DNA of 64,000 nt, from the NCBI GenBank assembly GCA_000004985.1, contig GG738864.1; one strand, given 5' to 3'. Shown in pieces: positions 11,852 through 20,114 of this stretch. Position 1 is the first letter of the stretch. Each line of letters opens with the position of its first letter. Below the pieces are notes generated by a model, which searched no databases, was not told where the DNA came from, and was given only the letters and a program-made list of their open reading frames with translations. Source of the DNA: Naegleria gruberi (taxonomy: Eukaryota). A program made the translations under genes and the position numbers.

Positions 11852-12843
11852 TTACTTCTTTTCAGACTTTTTCTTCAAATTGGTAATAGTTTCCTTAAGA
11901 ATCGGATCAGCATAGGCTTGAGCTTGAGCATCAGCTTCTCTGGTGATCATTTGTTCAAGACCTTGAATTTGTTGCATTCTCAAATTCTTTAAACATAATT
12001 TGGTTGCAATTGGAGGATTTCTTGCAATACGAGCTGCATAGTCCAATGCCTTTTCTCTGAGTTTATCTTCACCTTCGACAACTTCATAGACCATTCCAAT
12101 TTCGAGAGCTTTTTGAGCAGAAATCAAGTCACCAGTCAATAATAAAACACTGGCATTTTGATGACCAAGTAAATAAGGGAGGAATATGTAGAGGCCATAC
12201 CTGGTGATAAACCAATATTTACAAAGTTGACACCAAGTTTGGCACTTGTTTCAGCAAATCTGACATCTGTGGCCAAACTGATGGCCAAACCAGCACCTAC
12301 AGCATGTCCATTCAAAGCAGAAATGGTTGGAACTGGAGAGAATTTCAAAAGTGGTTCCAAGAATGAATTATAAAATTGAATCATTCTTCCAGAATTATTA
12401 TATGGTTGATCATTACAACGTTCCAATAAGAAATCAAAATCACCACCTGCACTGAAAGCAGATTTAACACCAGGAGTTTTAGATGGAGCACCTGTCAAGA
12501 CAATACATCCCAAATTCTTGTTTTTCATAATTTTATCACTTGTGAAAAGATCTCTAAATTGTTGAGCAGTTTTAACACAGAGTGCATTCATCTTTTCTGG
12601 CTTGTTAATAGTAACAATTCCGATGGTGGTTTCTTGATTGAATGGAGTGGTGAATTTTGGAGCAATTTGTGAGAGTGGAACTTCTTCAAAGACAATAAAT
12701 TGTTCTTGATCCGATGATGATGATGAACGATTCATGGACATGGTAGAGAAGGATCTTGATGAAGGCATCTTCATCATTGAAAAGCGAGAGGAAGAAGTGG
12801 CTCCAACAAGGGAGAGGACACGTCTTGAAGTGTTTTTGATCAT
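11852..12843 (-). CDS. Enoyl-CoA hydratase/isomerase (crotonase) family, probable mitochondrial; reading frame broken once
   Basis: The two ORFs 12136-12843 and 11852-12139 together give a crotonase fold: an S/R-rich N-terminal presequence, the GGDF oxyanion region, then GLSPGMAST(Y)FLPYLLGHQNASVLLLTGDLISAQKALEIGMVYEVV. The frame changes inside that conserved motif at about 12183-12186. Confidence 0.7.
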
Positions 12844-13143
12844 TTTTTTTGATTGGTGTGAAAAGAGGTTAAATTTTGAATGGGTGATTGATTTCTATTG
12901 GATAGTAATTTTTGTTTGTAATCTTTCAATTTATAATGTTTGAGAAATCAAATTGAGGTTGTAAAGTTCATGTTTTATTCAATTGAATCATTGAAAAACA
13001 AATGAAATCCAAAATCACTTGAAAATATATTTCCATTTTCTAATAAATATACGATTCTTTACACTAGTTTATTGAAGATTTTTACAAACCTTCCTAATTA
13101 ATATTTCAATTACCTTCCAATTCAAGGTAAATAGATAATTTAT

Positions 13144-14013
13144 TTAATCGAGGGATTGAGATGCAAAACGTCCAGTATAAACAGCTCTACCTTCAAGCTT
13201 CATAAAGACGAATTGACACAAGTGAGTGCCTGGATACAATGCAAGAGAATTAGGACTAATGGAGTGTCAAAATGCAAAATTCATTTCAATAAACTTACCT
13301 AGCATTGAAAATTTCCAAGACTTGCTTGTTGTTAATACCTGGTTGCATGAAACCAGCAGTGATGTGAATAGCAAGACCCATACGAGCGAATCTAGATCTA
13401 CCTTCCAACAAACCACAGAAACTTGGTGAAATACTGACAGTTTCTTCAGTGATGCCCAAAACAGTTTGACCTGGTTTGAGAACAAAGCATTCACCCTTTG
13501 GAACCTTAACAACCTTTGAGTATTGCTTATAGTCAACGTCATCAGTAATTGGAATAACATCTTCGGAAACTGTCATTTCTCTGAATTCATCTCCAAGAGT
13601 TCTGTATAAGCATTATAAAATTGCATCATATTCAATATTGCATTTTGTATCATCATTTTGTGGTCAATAACATTTTCATTGCATTTTGATGAAATTTTTC
13701 ATGAATTTAAAAACACAAAGATTTTAAAAAGACACCTACAAGTCATAAGAAGCAGGACCCAAGTGAGACAAGTTGAATGGAGTGATGGTAATTTGTCTAT
13801 AGAGTTGCATCATTAAAAAGGTTCATATCAAACGTTACATTGATCATCACAATGACACACAACAATACATTCAAACATGGTCATCATTCCGAGTAATAAT
13901 ATCAAACAAAAGAGTAGCAGATTTATTGTTGGCACCCTGATGTGTGTCCAACCTTCTTCAACTTACTTGGCTTGAATAGCTTTCAAAATCGAGTCGCGGG
14001 AGAGAACAGACAT
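13144..14013 (-). CDS. dCTP deaminase / dUTPase-superfamily protein, 4 exons
   Basis: Exons are 13967-14013, 13740-13796, 13299-13601 and 13144-13255, totalling 519 nt (172 aa), with introns of 170, 138 and 43 nt, all GT-AG. The product reads MSVLSRDSILKAIQAKQITITPFNLSHLGPASYDLTLGDEF...HITAGFMQPGINNKQVLEIFNASPNSLALYPGTHLCQFVFMKL, which resembles bacterial/archaeal Dcd. Confidence 0.7.
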
Positions 14014-14443
14014 TTTTTTATATTAATTTATATATTAAATAATACAAATGATATTATTAGAGTATCTTTGTCTTGATTACTTTTTTGGGTGCATCAAGAA
14101 TTTTCTGCTCCATGCAACTTTCCAGGCGGCGGAATATATGTGAGGATTTATTTGACTGTGTATTACTTCATGAAATTAATATTAAACACTGTTTGGTACT
14201 ACAGATTTTACACTTGGAAGATAACGGGTAAAATTTCATACTGCTTTCATTCATCTGGGTAATGTCAATCAGCTTATTAAGGTTCTAATGGTTTCGTATT
14301 GTTACACCATCACTTGGCTGGGATAAATGGAAAAAAAAAGAGTCAACTAGTTCAATATTTGCTTTCAATTAGTTGGTTGAGCATAGTGGTATTTTAACCA
14401 TGAACCGTTCTCATTACTTTTCTAAAGTTTAAAAAATAGCAAA

Positions 14444-15877
14444 ATGAAACTTATCAATTTTCTAAGTCTTCTTGATAGCTGTTGGTGCACTGTCTTCTAA
14501 CTTGGTTTCGTCACAAGAAGTTAGGGATGTTTCTTTGAAAGTATGTTAAAAATCTCTAGATTTAGTCAATTACAAGCTTTTAAGATACACTGGCTTCTCT
14601 ATCGACCTAATTCAATTTCTTGTTTCCAAAATGACAAACGTGTCCATTGAATTTTATGAAGCTCCAGATGGTACCTTTGGTAGTCCAACTGCTGCGAATG
14701 TGAATGGAAACTGGTCAGGAACCATCGGTGAAATAATATCTGGTCGTGCTGATGTCATGATTGGCCCTTTAACAATTACTCAAAGTAGACATCAAGTCAT
14801 GGATTTTACAACAAGTTTCTTTGATGTTGGACTTTCTATTCTAACTCTTAAACAAGGAGAGGAATCTAATTTATTTTCATTCTTATTACCATTCTCGTGG
14901 GAGGTTTGGATTTTGATTTTCGTGAGTGCATTAATAGTTGCCTTGCTAACATGGGTTTTTGACCATGTTTCGCCTTATGGACATTCGAAACAATCAGACG
15001 AATCAAAGAATGAATTTGATTTTAGTGGTTCGTTAATCAATGTATGACAATATCTGGTCAAGACGGAAATCCAGGTAAAAGCTGGTCAACCAGAATCATG
15101 TTGTTAGGTTATTTCCTCTTTGTCATGATTATTCTCTCAACTTATACAGCTAATTTGGCAGCCGTCCTGACAACAAAGGTTCAATCCACAAGAGTTACTG
15201 GACTATCTGATATCAGAACCTACGGATTCAAGTTTGGTGTGGCTAAAAACTCTGCTCCTGCTTCTTACATTTCCAGCAGTGAAGACATGGCAGATATCAA
15301 AAAGAATATGGTTGTATTCGATTCCCTCGATGATTGTTTACAAGCTCTGAGAGATGGAAAGGTGGATGCTTTGATTTGGGCAAGTGCCATTCTCGAATAT
15401 ATGGCCAATCAACCACCATGTGATACTTTGGTCGTTGGTGATTTGTTTAGTCCTGGAAATTATGGTTTACCTTTTGCTAAGGGAAATTGGATGATTGGTC
15501 ATTTCACTTCGGTGTTGTTGTCGATGAGAGAAAGTGGACTTGTTGAGAAACTCAAAAGGAAGTGGTGGATTGATAAGGGAAGCTGTTCATTGGTTGAATT
15601 GACACAAACAGCAACAGGTGTAAAGATTCAAGACTTGGGAGGTATCTTTTTGATTTTGGCAGGTTTTGTAGTTGTTGGTGGTGTGGTTTTGATATTCGAA
15701 TTAGTATATAGGGCTGTATATGACAAGACAAAACACAAAACTAAACATCTGAAATATCTGAATAGATTCTTGGGAGGTGAAAAGCACCTAGTTCAACGTG
15801 AGAAAGATGTACAGGAATTGAACACCACGAATATTGCAACTCCAACACTCGAAAAAGATGGGAATATGAACCAGTAA
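14444..15877 (+). CDS. Ionotropic glutamate receptor-like channel without amino-terminal domain; frame disrupted
   Basis: An S1 lobe (YTGFSIDL...GPLTITQSRHQVMDFTTSFFDVGLSIL) is followed by M1, a pore-loop region (NEFDFS/WFVNQCMTISGQDG) and M3 with the STYTANLAAVLT signature. Then come the S2 lobe and M4 (GGIFLILAGFVVVGGVVLIF). Frame problems occur near 14470, at the TAA at 14547-14549 and near 15024-15026. Confidence 0.7.
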
Positions 15878-16055
15878 ATATATTTTAAAAGGGATATGTA
15901 GATATTGATATTTCGTAAATTAAGGTGTTTGGTGGCTTTCTTTCCAAAACTCTACAAGGCAAAACTAGTTAAATTTTCAGCCTCCAAAGACATTGAAATT
16001 GATAATGGGAATTAAGGCAGAATATATTTAATTACCTCGGGTTGAGATTGTCAAT

Positions 16056-16173
16056 GGCTACGGCCATATCACGATGAATGCACCTCATCCCGTCCGATTT
16101 GAGAAGTTAAGCATCGTCGAGCCACATCAGTACTGAGGTTGGAGACAACTTGGGAACCTGTGGTGCTGTAGTC
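16056..16173 (+). rRNA. 5S ribosomal RNA
   Basis: The 118-nt sequence GGCTACGGCCATATCACG...GGGAACCTGTGGTGCTGTAGTC aligns by eye to the eukaryotic 5S consensus. The terminal helix I pairs and a T6 run follows directly. Confidence 0.9.
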
Positions 16174-16288
16174 TTTTTTATTTAACATTTTTTTATTCTG
16201 CCTTAATAAACTGTATTGTCTAGACTTTCTTTGAAACTGAATTTACGTGAATTTATTCGGCTGGAACTTGATTTTTACCACCTTATTA
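16126..16288 (+). repeat. Left arm of inverted duplication (5S 3' portion plus downstream flank)
   Basis: This arm aligns by eye to the reverse complement of 17488-17636. Shared blocks are atcagtactgaggtt(g/a)gagacaacttgg(g)aacctgtg, ttatt(ctg/cca)ccttaataaact, ttctttgaa and ttaccaccttatta. Confidence 0.7.
16174..16179 (+). terminator. Pol III oligo-T terminator of the 5S gene
   Basis: TTTTTT immediately after the 5S 3' end. Confidence 0.7.
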
Positions 16289-16321
16289 ATAATACTGAAT
16301 TTAAATTTCCATAAGTCCATG

Positions 16322-17278
16322 TTACACCATCAAACAGCCTTTCTTTTTTTTATGTAGAGATAATACCTCTTCCAGCACTTTTTTTGGATCATCAATACGT
16401 ACTCGAAACTTTCTAACACATTCTTCCACTAATTTATCAATATTTTCATTTGTTTTTGCACTTGTTTTCAAAATTGTACAATTAGTCAATTCAAATTCTT
16501 TTACAACTTCTTGTACCATTTCCAAATTAATTTCATACCTATCAGGGAGATCACATTTGTTCATGGCAATCATACAGGGAGCATTCTTTCCCTTCCTATC
16601 TACAAATTTACTTATCAATATTTTCAATTCTTCCAAACTTTTCTGGTCTATCATTGAGCAAACAAGAATCAAAACATCGAACATGCAATTTTTCCAATAA
16701 TAATCAGTTTCTTCCTCACTACACGTATCCAAAAAGTTTACAGTTTCCTCTTCATCATCCACAGAGATTGTTCGTTTGTACGAATCATAACCGGTAGGGT
16801 CATATTCTAGGAAGAATTGCCCATATATAAATCTTGTTATGATTGAGGATTTTCCACTGCCTCCCCTTCCAATCACTAACAGCTCAATAATTGGTGTATC
16901 AAATTTTTTTCTAAATATTTTCCCTTGTTTTTCTCTTGTTCGAATCAAATGAATAAAGTAACCTAAACTTTTAACAACTCCAATCTTGGCGAATTTATCA
17001 AAAACATGCAAAGATTCCATTTCTTTTGATTCTACTGATATCGAATACTGATCAAATATCACACCAACAAAAATCCAACAAAATTCATCAATGTATTTTG
17101 CAATAAATTTCGAATAATTTGGATGAATCAATCGGAAACTTAATACATTCGGAATGGAGTTTTTTAATTGATGGAAATATTGTTCATGCAATTTTCTTTC
17201 AGCTAACTCATAAAACGGAGACAAGTATGAAATAATTTCTGTATGAATCTCTTGGGGAAGTTGAAGAAATTTGGACAT
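16322..17278 (-). CDS. Ras-superfamily small GTPase with N-terminal F-box-like extension and CaaX end
   Basis: 318-aa ORF with N-terminal LPQEIHTEIISYLSP (F-box-like). The GTPase motifs are G1 GRGGSGKS, a divergent G3 DTCSEEE (consensus DTAGQEE), G4 NKCD and G5 SAK. The C-terminus is KKKKGCLMV, polybasic plus CaaX. Confidence 0.7.
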   Translation of the reverse strand: MSKFLQLPQEIHTEIISYLSPFYELAERKLHEQYFHQLKNSIPNVLSFRLIHPNYSKFIAKYIDEFCWIFVGVIFDQYSISVESKEMESLHVFDKFAKIGVVKSLGYFIHLIRTREKQGKIFRKKFDTPIIELLVIGRGGSGKSSIITRFIYGQFFLEYDPTGYDSYKRTISVDDEEETVNFLDTCSEEETDYYWKNCMFDVLILVCSMIDQKSLEELKILISKFVDRKGKNAPCMIAMNKCDLPDRYEINLEMVQEVVKEFELTNCTILKTSAKTNENIDKLVEECVRKFRVRIDDPKKVLEEVLSLHKKKKGCLMV

Positions 17279-17393
17279 TTTTTAATGATAAGAAACCTCC
17301 TAAGTTGCTCCTTCAAACAACAACTCACTTGCCAAGGAATAAACATGGATTTAATTAGAAACATTGGGAGTAATATTTTGATGAGATCAAGAA

Positions 17394-17466
17394 GCCGACA
17401 TAGCTCAGTTGGGAGAGCGTAAGACTGAAGATCTTAAGGTCCCTGGTTCGATCCCTGGTGTCGGCA
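17394..17466 (+). tRNA. tRNA-Phe (anticodon GAA)
   Basis: A 73-nt cloverleaf: acceptor GCCGACA/TGTCGGC plus discriminator A, D arm GCTC-AGTTGGGA-GAGC, anticodon arm TAAGA-CTGAAGA-TCTTA, and T arm CCTGG-TTCGATC-CCTGG with one T:T mismatch. An oligo-T run follows. Confidence 0.85.
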
Positions 17467-17468
17467 AA

Positions 17469-17473
17469 TTTTT
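17469..17473 (+). terminator. Pol III oligo-T terminator after tRNA-Phe
   Basis: TTTTT lies 3 nt downstream of the tRNA 3' end. Confidence 0.55.
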
Positions 17474-17487
17474 ATTCCGATAATAAC

Positions 17488-17636
17488 TAATAAGGTGGTA
17501 AGAAAGAAGGGGTACAGAGCAAGACCTAGAAATAGAAGAAATTCTTCATCTAACTTCAAAGAAAGTTTATTAAGGTGGAATAAGAAGGAAAAAACGACAA
17601 CACAGGTTCCAAGTTGTCTCTAACCTCAGTACTGAT
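17488..17636 (-). pseudogene. Truncated 5S rRNA copy (3' ~40 nt) with its downstream flank; right arm of inverted duplication
   Basis: 17601-17636 is the reverse complement of about 5S positions 71-107 with two differences. The adjoining 17488-17600 matches the 5S downstream flank in blocks. The 5S 5' half is absent. Confidence 0.7.
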
Positions 17637-17864
17637 TGGAAAATTCCATTCCTTTTAAACAATTTAAAACTTGGAAATCGTCTAATACATTCAAATTCCA
17701 CTGTTTCAATAATTCAATCATAAATTCCTTATCATTTCTTAGAGAAGGTGGTTATTTTGAAATGAAAATATTTCAAACCCATTTCCTTATCATTTCCAAT
17801 TTGGAAATGAATAAATTGTAGCAAATCTTAAAGCACATTGAATTATTGTAATTGTTGGATTATT

Positions 17865-18881
17865 TCAAATAACACCAATATCAAGTGATGTTAATTGTTT
17901 CATTTCACTTATGAATTTGGATCCTTCTACACCAATTTGATTGTAAGTAATGTCAAGTGATGTTAATTGTTTCATTTCACTTATGAATTTGGCTCCTTCT
18001 ACACCAATTTGATTGCCAGTAATATTAAGTGTTAATTGTTTCATTTCACTTATAAATTTGGATCCTTCTACACCAATTTGATTGTAACCAATATTAAGTG
18101 ATGTTAATTGTTTCATTTCACTTATATATTTGGATCCCTCTACACCAATCCCATTATAATATATATCAAGTGATGTTAATTGTTTCATTTCACTTATGTA
18201 TTTGGCTCCTTCTACACCAATTTGATTGTAACCAATATTAAGTGATGTTAATTGTTTCATTTCACTTATATATTTGGTTCCCTCTACACCAATTCCATTA
18301 TAATATATATTAAGTGATGTTAACTGTTTCATTTCACTTATGTATTTGGATCCTTCTACACCAATTTGATTGTAAGTAATGTCAAGTGATGTTAATTGTT
18401 TCATTTCACTTATGTATTTGGCTCCTTCTACACCAATTTGATTATCAGAAATATAAAGTGATGTTAATTGTTTCATTTCACTTATGAATTTAACTTTATC
18501 TGGAGAGTTACGCAACCTATAACAAAACTTAACATTTACAATACTATTCTTGAATTGGCTTTTCATAAACAATTCAATTCTATTTTCTGTAAATTGTTTT
18601 TTAAATTGAATAACAAGTCTTGAACGTTCCCGGATCACATTAAAGAATTGTTTTGAAATTAAAGAACAATTATTCAAAATAAACCACGAATCATCAATCA
18701 TGGAAATTATGTCAAAACAAACATCATCTGAAAATATATCTTGTTGGAGTTTCACAACTTTTTTTGCTTTCTCTTTCATCGAATAATTATCATTAATCAA
18801 TAGCTCCTCCGAAATTAATTGATTTGCAAAATCTTGGCTGATTCGTTTGCTCATTTTTTTATTACTAATAGTTTTCTTCAT
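17865..18881 (-). CDS. Leucine-rich-repeat protein with possible degenerate F-box-like N-terminus
   Basis: 338-aa ORF. The C-terminal 210 aa are 8.5 near-identical 24-residue units of the form ISEMKQLTSL(D/N)IxYNxIGVEG(A/S/T)K(Y/F). Confidence 0.75.
   Translation of the reverse strand: MKKTISNKKMSKRISQDFANQLISEELLINDNYSMKEKAKKVVKLQQDIFSDDVCFDIISMIDDSWFILNNCSLISKQFFNVIRERSRLVIQFKKQFTENRIELFMKSQFKNSIVNVKFCYRLRNSPDKVKFISEMKQLTSLYISDNQIGVEGAKYISEMKQLTSLDITYNQIGVEGSKYISEMKQLTSLNIYYNGIGVEGTKYISEMKQLTSLNIGYNQIGVEGAKYISEMKQLTSLDIYYNGIGVEGSKYISEMKQLTSLNIGYNQIGVEGSKFISEMKQLTLNITGNQIGVEGAKFISEMKQLTSLDITYNQIGVEGSKFISEMKQLTSLDIGVI
17868..18490. repeat. 72-bp tandem repeat array (coding LRR units)
   Basis: About 8.5 head-to-tail copies of a 72-bp unit with high nucleotide identity. 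One unit carries an in-frame 3-nt deletion (LTLNI in place of LTSLNI). Confidence 0.8.
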
Positions 18882-19099
18882 ATATCAATTATGCCAGCCA
18901 TTTCATTGAACTAATGTCTATTCGATTGGTCAATCAAGAAGAACAACCAACACAAACGAATGTAAGAGAAAAGCTAATGCAGTTACTCAACCAAGAAAAA
19001 GAAGGAATGCTCATTTCCCTATGGCATCGTTCTGCAAATTGACGATGGCGTATTTACTCTTTGAGCTCAAGTTCACTTTAAAATATAAATACTTGTACA

Positions 19100-19583
19100 G
19101 TAAGTTAATATTGACAAGTTGCTAGATAACCAATCTGAACCTTCGAATAAACCATTGCCATTTATTTCACTACATGGTTGGATGTATCAATCTTGTTTGA
19201 TCGAATTTAAGTGCAATATCTTTGCAAGGTCTGTAACTTTGGCGGCCCTTGGTAAATCTTGCTTATTAGCCCAAATTAAAAATTTGGCATTTGATGGATC
19301 TTCCATAACTTTACAGGATGAGGTGCATTCATCGTGATATGACTGTAGCCCTCACTTAATCGAATTCTTAATATAAAAACAATAATATATCAAATCCTAA
19401 GAAAATAAACTTAATTAAATTATGAAAATTACAATGTATTAATTATTTGGTCTTTTATCAAATATTGGAACTTTTCAATTTGTGGTCAGTCTAACCTTGA
19501 AGTTCGTTCATTCTGTTCCTTTTTCTTTATTATTCCAAAGAGATGGTTAATGAAAGACCAAATGAATAATATCCAAAACCCAT
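19100..19583 (-). pseudogene. ARF/ARL-family small GTPase pseudogene
   Basis: Minus-strand translation gives FLIWANKQDLPRAAKVTDLAKILHLNSIKQD*YIQPCSEINGNGLFEGSDWLSS. This is the ARF/ARL C-terminal half, with TGA in place of the conserved Trp codon. Upstream remnants (MG start at 19583, RLD..TT, LGFDI) are interrupted by stops, frameshifts and deletions. Confidence 0.65.
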
Positions 19584-19715
19584 GGCTACTCCTTCTTTGG
19601 AAACTCGTTAATCATATTTCTTTCCAAAATTATTAATTGACTGAGCAAGTACAAGTTTTGAAATCTATAAATTGTGGAAAGTAAAAAATTAAAAACAGAA
19701 TACAAAGAAAACAAA

Positions 19716-20114
19716 ATGAAAAGATTTATTTCAATTCTATTAATTGCATTGACGTTAACAGTTCTTGCTCTTTCATTCACATCAGGAGTTAGTGCCACCA
19801 CTGAAGAACAAGCATCAACTCTCTCCTTGTATATTAGAAAGTATGGAAATAAGAAGAGAAATCTCAAGAAATACAGATTAAAGAAGAGAAAGAACAACAG
19901 AAAGCTCAACAAGTACATTGATACCTATGGAAGAAAGAGAAGAGGATCAAAGAGATTAGGAAAGAGGAGAATTATCAGAAAGAAGGTTGATGTTTATGGA
20001 AAGAAGAGAAGATTGAATAAGAAGAGAAGAATTGATACCTATAGAAAGAAGAATAGAAAGAATAAAAGAGGAGGAAAGAGAAATAAGAAGGTTGATATCT
20101 ATAAGCGTAAATAG
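19716..20114 (+). CDS. Secreted, extremely basic repeat protein
   Basis: ATG at 19716. The predicted signal peptide is MKRFISILLIALTLTVLALSFTSGVSA. The mature part is about half Lys/Arg, with repeated (I/V)D(T/V/I)Y and YG(K/R)(K/R)RR units. Confidence 0.6.
   Translation: MKRFISILLIALTLTVLALSFTSGVSATTEEQASTLSLYIRKYGNKKRNLKKYRLKKRKNNRKLNKYIDTYGRKRRGSKRLGKRRIIRKKVDVYGKKRRLNKKRRIDTYRKKNRKNKRGGKRNKKVDIYKRK

Noticed and set aside
12136-12190. A 51-nt GT-AG intron in the crotonase gene.
   Set aside because: Its length is a multiple of three, so it does not fix the frame, and it would delete the conserved loop.
14541-14576. A 36-nt GT-AG intron (gtatgt…acaag) that would remove the in-frame TAA in the iGluR-like gene.
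   Set aside because: It is shorter than any intron I could verify in this window (41 nt or more). It would also delete residues where the S1 lobe normally has its first strand. It is possible but unsupported.
14967-15025. A 59-nt intron to fix the iGluR frame shift.
   Set aside because: It would remove VSPYGH…NEFDF, which is homologous to the conserved post-M1 segment (SPYEW…NEFGIF) of iGluRs. The donor gtttcg is also poor.
17868-18490. Regularly spaced 72-bp repeats as a CRISPR-like array.
   Set aside because: The units are contiguous with no unique spacers. They lie in one long ORF, encode canonical LRR units, and sit in a eukaryotic, intron-containing context.
19190-19200. TGA reassigned to tryptophan, suggested by TGA sitting exactly at the invariant Trp of the ARF/ARL-like sequence.
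   Set aside because: The long conserved ORFs in the window (1755, 1581, 1114 and 915 codons) contain many Trp codons, all TGG, and no in-frame TGA. The rest of the ARL locus is riddled with other lesions. A TGG to TGA nonsense mutation in a pseudogene is the simpler reading.
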